From an uncultured Methanomassiliicoccaceae archaeon (GTDB lineage Archaea > Thermoplasmatota > Thermoplasmata > Methanomassiliicoccales > JACIVX01): a stretch of 64,000 nucleotides of DNA. The stretch covers positions 1,248 to 65,247 of the forward strand of contig CAZJDY010000015.1 in the NCBI GenBank assembly GCA_964544915.1. Reading direction: 5' to 3'. The notes beneath the pieces are model-generated. The model made no database searches and had not been told where the DNA came from. It was given only the letters and a program-made list of their open reading frames with translations. Position 1 is the first letter of the stretch, and each line of letters begins with the position of its first letter. Positions 43,639-54,107 of the stretch are shown here, piece after piece. The position numbers and the translations under genes are program-made.

Positions 43639-44748
43639 TTGATGAAGGCCTCCACGATCCAAATGCTCTCCAACGCAGGGCTGGCCGGGGCCTCCTTGCT
43701 AATACCCAACCTAGCCAGGGACGGGTTCGGGTCGAACACTGTGGAGATAGGCCTGATAGTGGCGTCCTACAACGTCGCGGTCTTCACATCTTCCTACATA
43801 TTCGGGAGGGCCTCTGACGTCTATGGTCGACGCATCATCCTGGTCGTCGGACTATTGCTGTCGGCCATTGCCTGCGGTCTTCACATCTTCGCGTCCAATA
43901 CCTTCACGCTCGCGATAATCAGGGTGATAGTCGGCATCTGTGCGGGAATGTTCCCATCGGCTCTGATCGCGTACGTCTATGAATCCAGCAAGAAGATAGG
44001 TAAGTTAGCCTCTTGGGGAAGCTTCGGATTCGGGGCTGGCACTTTCATCGCGGGCTTCATTGGCATTTACTATGAGATATTCCTGTTCAGTGCTGGGCTC
44101 CTGGCAGTTTCATTCGCCATTTCCCTTTTTCTGCCGTTCGGCAAGGAGACGTTGCACGAAGTGGCGTTTTTCCCACGAGCGCTTATGAAGAGGAACCTTC
44201 CGGTCTACTCCTCGATCATGCTGAGGCACATCGGTGCGAACATGATCTGGGTCACATATCCACTATTCCTCGAGGACCTCGGCGCAGACCCTTTGTTCAT
44301 CGGCGCGATATACGCGGTCAATGCATTCGGACAGTTCTTCTTCATGCAACTGCTCGATCGTTTCAGCTCCTCCTCACTGGTCGCTTTCGGTTTCGTCTTC
44401 TCCGCCATAACCTTCCCGACTTACACGTTCGCGCTAGTGTATTGGCAAATAATTCCGGCCCAGATCATCCTCGCCGCCGCTTGGTCATGTCTTTATGTCG
44501 GGTCGATGAAGTACGTGATGGAGAGGAATGACGAGAAGGGAACCGCAGTCGGGATCCTGCATTCGGTACTCTCGGTATCGGCAATCTTGGGCGCGTTGCT
44601 GGGAGGCGTCGTATCATTCGCTTTCGGATATCACGGGGCGATGTACTTCGCTACTGGTCTTGCGATCGTGGGTCTGGTCGTGTTCGCGATGAGCGACAGC
44701 TGGATGAGAGCGAGAATCAGGAAAGGATTTAATCGCAGCAAATCATAG
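43639..44748 (+). CDS. MFS transporter
   Basis: 369 aa, about 12 helices, GRASDVYGRR loop motif. Confidence 0.75.
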   Translation: MMKASTIQMLSNAGLAGASLLIPNLARDGFGSNTVEIGLIVASYNVAVFTSSYIFGRASDVYGRRIILVVGLLLSAIACGLHIFASNTFTLAIIRVIVGICAGMFPSALIAYVYESSKKIGKLASWGSFGFGAGTFIAGFIGIYYEIFLFSAGLLAVSFAISLFLPFGKETLHEVAFFPRALMKRNLPVYSSIMLRHIGANMIWVTYPLFLEDLGADPLFIGAIYAVNAFGQFFFMQLLDRFSSSSLVAFGFVFSAITFPTYTFALVYWQIIPAQIILAAAWSCLYVGSMKYVMERNDEKGTAVGILHSVLSVSAILGALLGGVVSFAFGYHGAMYFATGLAIVGLVVFAMSDSWMRARIRKGFNRSKS

Positions 44749-44755
44749 TCCTTGC

Positions 44756-45664
44756 ATGCGGCTCGTATTCCTGGGGACAGGCGGGAGCATCCCTGCACCA
44801 AATAGGAACGTCAGCGCCACCGCGCTTCAGATCGCGTCAGAGATATTGCTTTTCGATTGCGGGGAGGGCACGCAGCGGCAGTTCATGATGTCCTCGGCGT
44901 CGTTCATGAAGGTGCAGAAGATCTTCGTTACGCACTTCCACGCTGACCACTTCCTCGGGATACCGGGGATGATCCAATCGATGAACTTCAGTGGCAGGGA
45001 CAAGCCTCTGGATATATTCGGTCCGCCCGGGATGATTGACATCATGCGGAACCTGCTGCGGGTGGGGTATTTCTCCCCGAGCTTCGACGTCCATGTCTAT
45101 GAGGTCCACGGAGGTGAGGCTGTCAAGTTTCCAGGTTACGACGTAGAGGCGGTCGAGGTCGACCACAACGTCCCGGCGCTCGGTTATATCCTAAAAGGGG
45201 AGGACCGTCCCGGGCGGTTCAATGTGGAGATGGCGAGGGAGCTCGGAGTGCCCGAGGGACCGATGTTTAGGTCCCTACAGCAGGGGAAGAGCGTCCGGGT
45301 TGGGAAGAGGATGGTGAAACCCGACATGGTCTTGGGAGAGATGAGGTCTGGAATAAGGATCGCGTTCTCCGGCGATACCAGACCCTGCGAAAGGCTGATC
45401 GAGGCGGCCATGGGGGCAGATGTCCTCGTGCATGAGGCCACGGCGGACTCATCACTCGAAGCGAGGGCGAACGAGTTCGGTCATTCAACCGCGAAGGGCG
45501 CCGCGACGGTCGCGGTCAAGGCGAAAGTGGCCGCCCTTTACTTGAATCATATAAGCAACCGCTACGAGGACCCGTCAGTTCTCGAATCTGAGGCGCAGCA
45601 GATATTCCCGAAGACGAAAGTCGTCGAGGACCTTATGGTCGTGACGGTGCGGACGATGGAGTGA
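44756..45664 (+). CDS. rnz: Ribonuclease Z (tRNA 3' endonuclease)
   Basis: MRLVFLGTGGSIP...LFDCGEGTQ...THFHADHFLG. Confidence 0.9.
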   Translation: MRLVFLGTGGSIPAPNRNVSATALQIASEILLFDCGEGTQRQFMMSSASFMKVQKIFVTHFHADHFLGIPGMIQSMNFSGRDKPLDIFGPPGMIDIMRNLLRVGYFSPSFDVHVYEVHGGEAVKFPGYDVEAVEVDHNVPALGYILKGEDRPGRFNVEMARELGVPEGPMFRSLQQGKSVRVGKRMVKPDMVLGEMRSGIRIAFSGDTRPCERLIEAAMGADVLVHEATADSSLEARANEFGHSTAKGAATVAVKAKVAALYLNHISNRYEDPSVLESEAQQIFPKTKVVEDLMVVTVRTME

Positions 45665-45749
45665 TACCGGGAAGGGGTTCGGCTCTTTTCGGGAAAACTG
45701 GAAGTAATCGAAGCATCATCTCATAAAGAGACCGCCGGGGGGGTGGCCA

Positions 45750-46901
45750 ATGGTTGACATGACATCGAGGGAAAGGGTCATTAAGGCAGTGGAAAGGAAG
45801 GAGCCGGACCGGGCCCCTATCGATTTCGGAGGGGTCGTCGCCGGCATAGTGATTGGACCGCCACATGGTTACGGGGCTCTTTGCCGTCAGCTCGGGATCA
45901 CCGACCCTGAGACCCCGGTCATCAACACGAGGCTCAGCAGCGTTCAGAACGTCGACGAGCGCATCCTCCGAAGGTTCAGGGTGGACACGAGGCACGTGAA
46001 CATTGGCGGCGAACCGCTGCAGGAGCTTCCGGACGGGAGGTACAGGGACGCCTGGGGACTGATTCTCAAACAATCCGGGTTGTACAAGAGCATCCCGGAC
46101 AGTCTCGCGCCCCTAAGGGACGCTTCTACCCAGGACGAAATAGAGGGCTACAAGTACTGGCCGGACCCGAGGAATCCCGCCTTCGTCAAGCAGAAGAGGA
46201 AGGAGGCCAAGCGCCTGCACGAACAGACGGACTTCGCCGTATTCTCGCATCCCGGATACGCGGGCAGGATCTTCCACATGTACGCCGGGTTGAGGGGGTT
46301 CGACAAGTGGCTGCTCGACATGAAGATGGAGCCGGATTTCTACAAGACGTTCGCGGACAAGATAACCGATGTCGCGATCGATGTTTGTGAAGCGTTCTAT
46401 GGTGAGGTGGGGGATTACACTGACGTCGCCGTCTACTACGACGACATGGGAATGCAGACTGGCGGTTTTGTGTCCCCAGACGATTTTCGTCAGTTCGTGA
46501 GGCCGTACACGGGCAGGTACGTCAAGGCGATCAAGAAGATGACTGGTGCGAGACTCTTCTATCACACTTGCGGTTCCGTTTATTCCTATATGAATGACAT
46601 AATCGAAATGGGAATCGACATCCTGAACCCGATTCAGCCCCTGGCGAAGAACATGGATCCCAGGATTCTGAAGTCGGAGTTCGGAAAGCGTATCTGCTTC
46701 CACGGCGGGATCGACGAGCAGAAGCTGCTGCCTTTCGGGTCGAAAAGGGACGTGGAGAAGTCGGTCGCCAAAACGGTTAATATACTGGCTCCAGGTGGCG
46801 GATGGATCGTGGCACCCGCCCACAACATACAACCCGACACCCCGCCGGAGAACATAATAGCCATGTACGACACGGCCTTTGAGACGGCGAGCAATCTGTA
46901 A
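45750..46901 (+). CDS. Uroporphyrinogen-decarboxylase (URO-D) family protein, possibly a corrinoid-dependent MT2-type methyltransferase
   Basis: 383 aa with URO-D-like C-terminal half. The H-T-C in LFYHTCGS plus a downstream Cys (RICFHGG) resemble the Zn site of MtaA/MtbA-type enzymes. Confidence 0.6.
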   Translation: MVDMTSRERVIKAVERKEPDRAPIDFGGVVAGIVIGPPHGYGALCRQLGITDPETPVINTRLSSVQNVDERILRRFRVDTRHVNIGGEPLQELPDGRYRDAWGLILKQSGLYKSIPDSLAPLRDASTQDEIEGYKYWPDPRNPAFVKQKRKEAKRLHEQTDFAVFSHPGYAGRIFHMYAGLRGFDKWLLDMKMEPDFYKTFADKITDVAIDVCEAFYGEVGDYTDVAVYYDDMGMQTGGFVSPDDFRQFVRPYTGRYVKAIKKMTGARLFYHTCGSVYSYMNDIIEMGIDILNPIQPLAKNMDPRILKSEFGKRICFHGGIDEQKLLPFGSKRDVEKSVAKTVNILAPGGGWIVAPAHNIQPDTPPENIIAMYDTAFETASNL

Positions 46902-46904
46902 TGA

Positions 46905-47468
46905 TTAGATCAATTTGAGCACGTCGGAGCTGGTGATTATCCCAGTTATTCTGCCTCTTCTCGTGGTTAGTACAGCATGTGAGGTCGAGAGAAGCGAGGT
47001 CACGGTCTCTATCGGTGTCTCCTCGCTGATCACAGGAAAGGTCTCGTCCATTATGGATCCCACGTTCTTCTCCGCCAGATCCTCCATTCTGGTGCCGTCC
47101 TTGAGAAGCATGAGAACACCGTACTCGCTCACGCTCCCGACCGGTCGCGCCCCCTCGAAGACTGGAAGTTGGGAATAGCCAGTCTCCCTCATGATCTCCG
47201 AGACCCTCTTCACCTTCTCATCGACTTGGACGGACACGACTTTGCCGGACGTGACATCCCTGGCCTTCATCCCCCGCCTGCGCTTGTTGACCTCATCATG
47301 AAGCACTTTGAAGATTCTGACCATTGCATCGTAGCTTCCGCTTATTCCGCCTCTCTCTATCTTTGCGATAGTCGACTGACTGACCCCCGACAGACTCGCC
47401 AATTCGGCCTGAGTCAGGTCGATTGACTTCCTGAGCCGCTTTATATCGGAAGCCTCCGGGAATTTCAC
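46905..47468 (-). CDS. XRE-type HTH fused to a CBS-domain pair
   Basis: LTQAELASLSGVSQSTIAKIERG followed by two CBS motifs (ARDVTSGKVVSV..., VGSIMDETFPVIS...GIITSSDVLK). Confidence 0.8.
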   Translation of the reverse strand: MKFPEASDIKRLRKSIDLTQAELASLSGVSQSTIAKIERGGISGSYDAMVRIFKVLHDEVNKRRRGMKARDVTSGKVVSVQVDEKVKRVSEIMRETGYSQLPVFEGARPVGSVSEYGVLMLLKDGTRMEDLAEKNVGSIMDETFPVISEETPIETVTSLLSTSHAVLTTRRGRITGIITSSDVLKLI

Positions 47469-47635
47469 CGTCTTACCATCTTCTTATTCCTATATGAATA
47501 ATTGTGTCAATCAGCTATTTATGGAGGGAATCAATACAACGGTTTTGAAGGTGCCTTGCGGCATGTTTGGATTGGGATGGATAAAGAATTCGTGTAGATC
47601 ATAGAATACGAATGTATTGAAAAAGGTGACATGTT

Positions 47636-48832
47636 ATGGGCAAGAATATCTTCGTTGAGCAAGTTGACCACATTCCTGTCAACAAGCAGAGAGTCGAGCT
47701 TGTCGAGCGAAAGGGCATAGGGCACCCTGACAGCATTGCTGACGGATTGTCGGAGTCTGTCAGTAGAGCCCTGAGCCAGATGTATATCGAACGTTACGGA
47801 AGGATTCTGCATCACAATACCGACGAGACGCAGATCGTAGGCGGGCAGTCTTCTCCCAAGTTCGGCGGAGGTGTCATGCTTGAACCGATATACGTCTTGC
47901 TAGTCGGCCGCGCCACGACTGATGTCAACGGAGAGAGATTACCCTTCAGATCCACTGCGATTAAGGCCGCCTCGGATTATCTCAAGATGCACTTCCCCAA
48001 CCTTGACGTCGGAACGGACGTCATGTTGGACTGCATGATTGGAAGGGGAAGCGTCGATCTCAGTGCGGTATACGAGACGAAGAAGCTTCTGGCGAACGAT
48101 ACCTCCTTCGGTGTCGGGTACGCGCCCCTGAGCGAGACGGAAAAGGTCACGCTCGAGACGGAGAAGTACGTCAACGGGGACATGAAGAGGAAGCTGAAGG
48201 AGACGGGGGAGGACGTCAAGGTGATGGCATCCCGCGTCGGCGACGAGTTGTCACTCACAGTCGCTTGTGCCATGGTCGACAGGTACATCGACGACCCTGA
48301 CCACTACCAGAGCGCCATAGCCGATATGAAGAGCATGATCGTTGACCATGCCGCGAAATTCACGGGCCTGGACGTCAAGGTCTACATCAACACTGCTGAC
48401 AACTACAAGGATGGGATATACTACCTGACCGTCACGGGGTTGTCAATGGAGAACGGGGACGACGGCTCTGTGGGAAGGGGCAACAGGGTGAACGGACTCA
48501 TCACGCCCTTTAGGCCGATGAGCATGGAGGCTGCGGCAGGCAAGAACCCAGTGACGCATGTCGGGAAGCTCTACAACATCCTCGCGAAGATCATAGCCGA
48601 TGAGATCGCAGAGATGGGCGGTGGAGATATCTACGAGGCGAGGGTCAGGATCCTGTCCCAGATTGGCAGACCGATATACGATCCCCAGACCGCGAGCGTT
48701 CAGCTCAACATTGCGAAGAACGCGAAGTTCTCCAAGCTCAAGTCGGAGGCAGAGCGGATCGTCGACTACTGGTTGGAGAATATCGGACAGATAACAAGCA
48801 AAGTAGTAAATGGCGAAATCACCGTATTCTAA
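47636..48832 (+). CDS. mat: S-adenosylmethionine synthetase, archaeal type
   Basis: 398 aa. [15 protein letters not shown]...[11 protein letters not shown]...[17 protein letters not shown] is typical of archaeal MAT. Confidence 0.92.
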   Translation: MGKNIFVEQVDHIPVNKQRVELVERKGIGHPDSIADGLSESVSRALSQMYIERYGRILHHNTDETQIVGGQSSPKFGGGVMLEPIYVLLVGRATTDVNGERLPFRSTAIKAASDYLKMHFPNLDVGTDVMLDCMIGRGSVDLSAVYETKKLLANDTSFGVGYAPLSETEKVTLETEKYVNGDMKRKLKETGEDVKVMASRVGDELSLTVACAMVDRYIDDPDHYQSAIADMKSMIVDHAAKFTGLDVKVYINTADNYKDGIYYLTVTGLSMENGDDGSVGRGNRVNGLITPFRPMSMEAAAGKNPVTHVGKLYNILAKIIADEIAEMGGGDIYEARVRILSQIGRPIYDPQTASVQLNIAKNAKFSKLKSEAERIVDYWLENIGQITSKVVNGEITVF

Positions 48833-48835
48833 CGG

Positions 48836-49420
48836 ATGAGACTTGTCGACCTTCCGAAATACGGCCCTGTGCACCGTTTCGCAGATTACCACGTGTACAG
48901 CGTCCTCTCCATACTTACTGATCGGAAACGCAGGGGAAGGAAGCAGCTTGCCGAACTTGTAGGAGTGGGCGAGGGCAGCATGCGAACGATACTTGGCTGG
49001 ATGAGGGAGAAGGGACTAGCCAGCGTAAAGCAGACCGGCGTGAGGATTACCAACACCGGCCTGGAGTTCTTTTCCAGGTTGCCGGTTCATGTCAGGAATA
49101 TGGAGTCGTCGGATATCTCGGTCGGCAGCTGCAATGTCGCCGTTCTTGTCAGCGGGAGAAAGGAGGAGGTCGGCTCTGGCATAGAGCAGCGAGACGCGGC
49201 GATCAAGGCTGGGGCGGATGGCGCCACGACGATCGTGGTCAAAGGCGGGAGACTGATCGTACCGACAGACTATGATCTTGACAAGGAGGATTCGGATCTA
49301 GCATCGTCGATAAGGGATCTTTTCGAATTGAAGGATGGCGATGTCATTATCGTCGGCAGTGCCACATCCAGGAAGATTGCAGAAGAAGGAGCACTCGCGG
49401 CTGCTCTCGAACTCTTGTGA
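48836..49420 (+). CDS. wHTH-containing protein (DUF4443-like by recollection), 4 nt downstream of mat
   Basis: 194 aa. N-terminal RRGRKQLAELVGVGEGSMRTILGWMREKGL is a winged helix. C-terminal alpha/beta domain. Confidence 0.5.
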   Translation: MRLVDLPKYGPVHRFADYHVYSVLSILTDRKRRGRKQLAELVGVGEGSMRTILGWMREKGLASVKQTGVRITNTGLEFFSRLPVHVRNMESSDISVGSCNVAVLVSGRKEEVGSGIEQRDAAIKAGADGATTIVVKGGRLIVPTDYDLDKEDSDLASSIRDLFELKDGDVIIVGSATSRKIAEEGALAAALELL

Positions 49421-49593
49421 ACACCGAGACTTCTGGTCTGAATCCGAAATCGCGTTGCCGTCATTTTGGCGGCTCTCATTCTGGTTAGGTATAGGTGAGA
49501 AAGGACTATATATGACGAGCACATTAGCCTCATTAGTTGGATGATACATCCAACTAATTGCATACCAGAAAGATAGAGAAGGGAGGGCAATCG

Positions 49594-51258
49594 ATGAAAT
49601 TTGCGTCTTTCTTGACACTCCTGATGATTCTCAGCGCGTCTATTGCGGTTGCTGTGTCCGCTGCGGACGATGGGTCTGAGGGATGCCTGGTTCTGATCGA
49701 CTTTGGGAATGGTAAGGTTCTCTGGACAAGCGTCGAAGTCCAGGAGAACTTGAGCGCGTTCAACGTCACAATGGATGCCGCCGGGCAGCTCGGCTTGGAC
49801 GTCAGCTATTCCGAATCCTCGTTCGGGGTCTTCGTGAACGGAATCGGGGGAGTGATGGGGGACTGGCCGAATGAATGGTGGCATTTCTGGATATGGAACC
49901 CTGCGAGCAAGGCGTGGGAAAGTGCCACGCAAGGGCCATCTTCAGTGGCAGCGAAGGATATCGTCGCAATAGCATGGAGCTATGTGATGGACAGGCCTGA
50001 CTTCTCGGCCCAGTCTCCTCTCGCGACTCCCGACCACAAGTACCCTTGGACGAGTCTTAGGCATGACCTTCTGAGCACTGGGTCATCACAAACTGGTTCT
50101 TCGGCGAAGATTAGTCTGGATTGGGACAAGGACCTGACCAATGGTCCTGTTTCAACGTCAGTCGTTGCCGCAAACGATCGCCTCTACGTCCTCACATCCG
50201 GTGTGTATGATTGGACTCAGATGACATACGACTCCCCTCCCCACCTATCCTGCCTGAACCGGGCGGGAGAAATCTTATGGAACGCAACCATTGACGGGGC
50301 TAAGTACCAGATCGCTTCTCCAATGATAACCGAGGACTTCGTGGTCGTGCCGTCCTCGAACGGGAAAGTGTACGCATTCGACTCGAAGACCGGAGCCCCC
50401 TACTGGATTTCCGGAATCGAATCGTCCGGAACGGGATTGACGTCGTCCCCAATACTCTACAGGAATCAGGTCATCGTCGGAGGCGGTGACGGGAAGCTGT
50501 ACTCGTTTGCCGATAACGGAACTCTCCTCTGGGCGACCAAGGTCGCATCCTCGATCTACTTCTCCTCCCCCGCTGCGCGCGACGGGATGGTGTACATCGG
50601 CTCGGAGGAGGGACAGTTGCACGCTGTTGCGGCAAATGGAACCGGTGAGATATGGAACGTGACAGTGGGAGGGAAGGTGCGCTCGGCTCCATTGCTTCTC
50701 GAGAATGAGATTGTGGTGACGTATTCGACCTACGAGGATATCACCGCCGTTGACGGAGGAGCGGTCGCGGTCTCATACGATGGCGAGGAGCTGTGGAGAG
50801 TGGACGTGAATGCAACCTCGAGCTCTGCGGCTGAGACCATTAGTGGAGTCGTGGTCTCTTCGGCGGATGGTCTGACGATGATATCACTGGGCGGGCAAGT
50901 CATTTGGAGGACGAGTCTGGGAGCTCACATCACAGGATCGCCCTCGGTGGGAAAAGACGCGATATATGCGGTAACGTCCGAGGAGCAGAGCCGCGTGGTC
51001 GCAGTCAGTCTCTCGGGAGCGATAATTTGGTCCTATGCACTCGAGCCTAAGCAATACTCCATGTGCTCTCCGACAATATCGGACGATGTCCTCTACGTGA
51101 CATCGGACAACGGCCATGTGTACGCGTTCTCTTTGATCGAACCTGAACAGGTCGGAGGCGGGAATATGCTGTTACTTATCATTGTCTTCATCGGGATCTT
51201 CACAATCCTGATGATTGGCGCAATAGGTAACTGGATTGGCAGGAAGAGAGAAGGTTAG
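49594..51258 (+). CDS. Secreted, C-terminally membrane-anchored protein: DUF4430 (transcobalamin-like C-terminal) domain plus PQQ-like beta-propeller
   Basis: Signal peptide MKFASFLTLLMILSASIAVAVSA. WWHFWIWNPASKAWE...IVAIAWSY is DUF4430-like. Repeated GKVYAFD/GKLYSFA/GQLHAV/GHVYAF propeller blades. C-terminal TM LLLIIVFIGIFTILMIGAIG. ATG 49594 with GGAGGG upstream. Confidence 0.7.
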   Translation: MKFASFLTLLMILSASIAVAVSAADDGSEGCLVLIDFGNGKVLWTSVEVQENLSAFNVTMDAAGQLGLDVSYSESSFGVFVNGIGGVMGDWPNEWWHFWIWNPASKAWESATQGPSSVAAKDIVAIAWSYVMDRPDFSAQSPLATPDHKYPWTSLRHDLLSTGSSQTGSSAKISLDWDKDLTNGPVSTSVVAANDRLYVLTSGVYDWTQMTYDSPPHLSCLNRAGEILWNATIDGAKYQIASPMITEDFVVVPSSNGKVYAFDSKTGAPYWISGIESSGTGLTSSPILYRNQVIVGGGDGKLYSFADNGTLLWATKVASSIYFSSPAARDGMVYIGSEEGQLHAVAANGTGEIWNVTVGGKVRSAPLLLENEIVVTYSTYEDITAVDGGAVAVSYDGEELWRVDVNATSSSAAETISGVVVSSADGLTMISLGGQVIWRTSLGAHITGSPSVGKDAIYAVTSEEQSRVVAVSLSGAIIWSYALEPKQYSMCSPTISDDVLYVTSDNGHVYAFSLIEPEQVGGGNMLLLIIVFIGIFTILMIGAIGNWIGRKREG

Positions 51259-51267
51259 GCGAGAGAG

Positions 51268-51771
51268 ATGAAGTCCGGGAGCCTTGCATGGCTGGTCGTC
51301 ACTGTGACGGTCGTCGCAGCCGTCATGCTCTCGGGCTGTCTCTCCGGAGGTGACGGCGGAAGCGAGCAGCGGACCGCCTCCCTCATCATCGATTTCAAAG
51401 GGAACGGAGGATTGACAAACCCAGGCAATCTGACGACATGGACGAAGGTCGAGAATACTTGGATGCCCACAACTTTGTCGAACGGCGGTAAGACGGTGTG
51501 GGTGTTCAATAATGTGACGTCCGGTTCCACAGTCTTGGACCTAGTTGAGGAATGCTCCAAGATCGGCGGTTTCGAGATAGTGACGAAGCACTACATCGGC
51601 CTGGGGACCCTCGTGGAGTCGATCGGCGGGGTCCACAATGAGAAACCAGGGCGGGGATGGCAGTACTACGTAAACGGGCAGTATGCCACAAAGGCTTGCG
51701 ACCTGTTTGCGATGGACAACAATGACGTCGTCACCTGGATGTTCGCAGACCTGACAGATTTTGCGCGGTAG
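51268..51771 (+). CDS. DUF4430-domain lipoprotein
   Basis: Signal peptide plus lipobox-like LSGC. C-terminal GRGWQYYVNGQYATKACDLFAMDNNDVVTWMF is typical of DUF4430. Confidence 0.7.
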   Translation: MKSGSLAWLVVTVTVVAAVMLSGCLSGGDGGSEQRTASLIIDFKGNGGLTNPGNLTTWTKVENTWMPTTLSNGGKTVWVFNNVTSGSTVLDLVEECSKIGGFEIVTKHYIGLGTLVESIGGVHNEKPGRGWQYYVNGQYATKACDLFAMDNNDVVTWMFADLTDFAR

Positions 51772-51776
51772 GTCAC

Positions 51777-52643
51777 ATGCTATTTCCCTACAAGAACACA
51801 TCGTCCAGAATCCACGGCCTCGATGCGAGGCCGAAGATAGTGTTCGTCTTTGCCGTGTTCGTTTCCTCAATTCTGCTATCCGACATACTGTATCTCTCGG
51901 TCCTACTCGCGTTAGTTCTGATAGTTTCAGCGGTCGCTCGCACCCTCAAATCCACTTTGAGCCTTCTGAGATACGCTGTCTTCGTCGCTATCTTCGTCAT
52001 ACTGTTCAACGTGCTGCTTTCTAGCGGAAGGGACGTGGTGTTCATGCTGGGATCGATCGCCGTCACAAGTGAGTCGATCCTCTTCTCGATCAGCATGTGT
52101 CTCCGGCTCTTCCTTGCGGTCTCCGCATTCTCACTCCTCACATTCGCCATCCATCCAGACGAAGCCCTCAGGACGATGTCGAAGGTAGGGTACAAGACCA
52201 TGACTGCATTGTCTCTCTCGACGAGGATGTATCCTACGATCGCCGCAGATTCAAGGAACATCATGGATTCGATGCGGGCCAGGGGGGTCGAGTTCGATCG
52301 TGGCGGATTCTTCACCAAGCTGAGGGCGAGAGCTAACGTCGTCATGCCGCTGCTCTTCAACTCGCTTGACCGATCGATCGCCATCGCTGAGGCGATGGAG
52401 ACCAGGGGTTTCGGGGCAGGAAGGCGAACGAACTACTCTGAGGCGAGACTGTCCCGAGGGCAGAAGTGGATGGTCGCCTTCTTCGTGCTTTCCATTATTG
52501 TCGGCATCGCCTTGTTTGTGTTCGGATATGGGAATGCTGACTATCTGAACGGCGCGGGCTTCGTCTACGGATTCGACGACCTGATCGTTCTCGCAGTGTA
52601 TGTCATCCTTCTCTCTCCGATATTGGTCGGGGGTGGAGAATGA
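51777..52643 (+). CDS. ECF transporter transmembrane (T) component, CbiQ/EcfT family
   Basis: 288 aa. Coupling-helix motifs MRARGV and AMETRGF. Confidence 0.85.
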   Translation: MLFPYKNTSSRIHGLDARPKIVFVFAVFVSSILLSDILYLSVLLALVLIVSAVARTLKSTLSLLRYAVFVAIFVILFNVLLSSGRDVVFMLGSIAVTSESILFSISMCLRLFLAVSAFSLLTFAIHPDEALRTMSKVGYKTMTALSLSTRMYPTIAADSRNIMDSMRARGVEFDRGGFFTKLRARANVVMPLLFNSLDRSIAIAEAMETRGFGAGRRTNYSEARLSRGQKWMVAFFVLSIIVGIALFVFGYGNADYLNGAGFVYGFDDLIVLAVYVILLSPILVGGGE

Positions 52644-54106
52644 TCTCGGTCGAGGCCATGACGTTCACCTATGCGGGGTCCGATTGCCCGGTCCTCAAGG
52701 ACGTTTCCACGCGGATAAGCGAGGGCGAGTTCGTTCTTGTCGTAGGGAGGTCTGGATGCGGGAAATCAACGCTGTGTCGGGCACTGAACGGCCTTGTTCC
52801 CCACTTCCACGGAGGGCTTCTCTCCGGAAGAGTCCTCGTCGACGGACGAGACACGAGGAAGACCCCCCCATCCAGATTCGCAGACCTGATAGGAATGGTG
52901 TTTCAGGATCCCGAGAATCAGCTCGTCATGACGAACGTCGAGAACGAGATGGCGTTCGGTCTGGAGAACCTCGGGGTTCCGGTCTCGGAGATGAAGGAGC
53001 GCGTGATCCGGTACGCCGATTACTTCGATCTCAGAAGGTTCTTCCAACGTTTCATCCCCGAGCTATCGGGCGGCGAGAAGCAGAAGGTTGCGCTTGGCTC
53101 GGTCCTCGCCATGAAGCCGAAGTACCTAATTTTGGACGAACCGACCTCCCAACTCGACGCCGAGAACGCGGCCCTGTTCCTGGAATTCCTGACAAAGCTC
53201 AATAAGGATTTCGGTGTCGGAATAATCCTCGTTGAGCACAGATTGGAGCGATGCCTGCCCTATGCCGACCGCGTGATATTGATGAATGAGGGCAGGATAG
53301 TCGCAGACGGGCCGAAAGACGAGGTCGTCCCGGCCCTGAAGGAAAGTGGTCTTCTCGGAACCGTTTCCAGGATGATCGCTGATGTCGCCGGCAATGGAGA
53401 TTCTTTGCTGTCGGCGAAGGACATACACTTCTCATATGACCAGACGCCCGTCCTCGATGGGGCTGATTTGGTCCTTGCAAGGGGTGAGCTCGTCGCGATC
53501 ACTGGGGCGAACGGAAGTGGCAAGTCAACGCTCATCAAACAGTTGAATGGTCTGCTGAAGCCGCAAACGGGGATCGTCACACTGTTGGGAAGGGACGTGT
53601 CCTCTGTCACGACCGCGAGCATCGCCAAGGAAATCGGATATCTGGGTCAGAACCCGAACGACTATCTGTTCGAGGAGACGCTTGAGAAGGAGCTTGAATT
53701 CACACTGTCTAATCTCGGAGTCGATACGAAGGAATGGAATGAGCGGATTGAATGGACCCTTTCGATGCTGGACCTCGCAAGGTTCAGGGGGATGTTCCCG
53801 CGCGACCTTAGTTGTGGGCAGAGAGAACGCACCGCGTTGGCAACAATCCTTGTCGGGCGGCCGAAGATCCTCATTCTCGATGAACCGACTAGGGGTCTCG
53901 ACTACTGGAGCAAGACGAAGTTAGGCTCCATGCTCGAGAGTCTGAGGAGGCAGGGCATGGCAATCCTCTTAGTGACTCATGACTATCGATTCATAGCCGA
54001 GCATGCGACGCGTATCCTTCGCCTGGAAGGAGGGCGGTTGCTTGAAGTTCCTGTCGACCAAATGGTCTTCCTCGCATCGGAGAGTGCGGCGACCGGAGGT
54101 ACCTGA
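52640..54106 (+). CDS. ECF transporter ATPase, fused tandem ABC domains (EcfA-EcfA')
   Basis: 488 aa. Walker A GRSGCGKST and GANGSGKST. Signatures LSGGEKQKV and LSCGQRERT. Confidence 0.9.
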   Translation: MISVEAMTFTYAGSDCPVLKDVSTRISEGEFVLVVGRSGCGKSTLCRALNGLVPHFHGGLLSGRVLVDGRDTRKTPPSRFADLIGMVFQDPENQLVMTNVENEMAFGLENLGVPVSEMKERVIRYADYFDLRRFFQRFIPELSGGEKQKVALGSVLAMKPKYLILDEPTSQLDAENAALFLEFLTKLNKDFGVGIILVEHRLERCLPYADRVILMNEGRIVADGPKDEVVPALKESGLLGTVSRMIADVAGNGDSLLSAKDIHFSYDQTPVLDGADLVLARGELVAITGANGSGKSTLIKQLNGLLKPQTGIVTLLGRDVSSVTTASIAKEIGYLGQNPNDYLFEETLEKELEFTLSNLGVDTKEWNERIEWTLSMLDLARFRGMFPRDLSCGQRERTALATILVGRPKILILDEPTRGLDYWSKTKLGSMLESLRRQGMAILLVTHDYRFIAEHATRILRLEGGRLLEVPVDQMVFLASESAATGGT

Positions 54107-54107
54107 T

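Noticed and set aside
46113-46832. 239-aa antisense ORF within the URO-D family gene
   Set aside because: It is a shadow ORF. The sense frame has recognisable family motifs.
52600-53205. 201-aa alternative-frame ORF across the EcfT/EcfA junction
   Set aside because: It is Arg-rich low complexity, and the annotated frames carry Walker and signature motifs.
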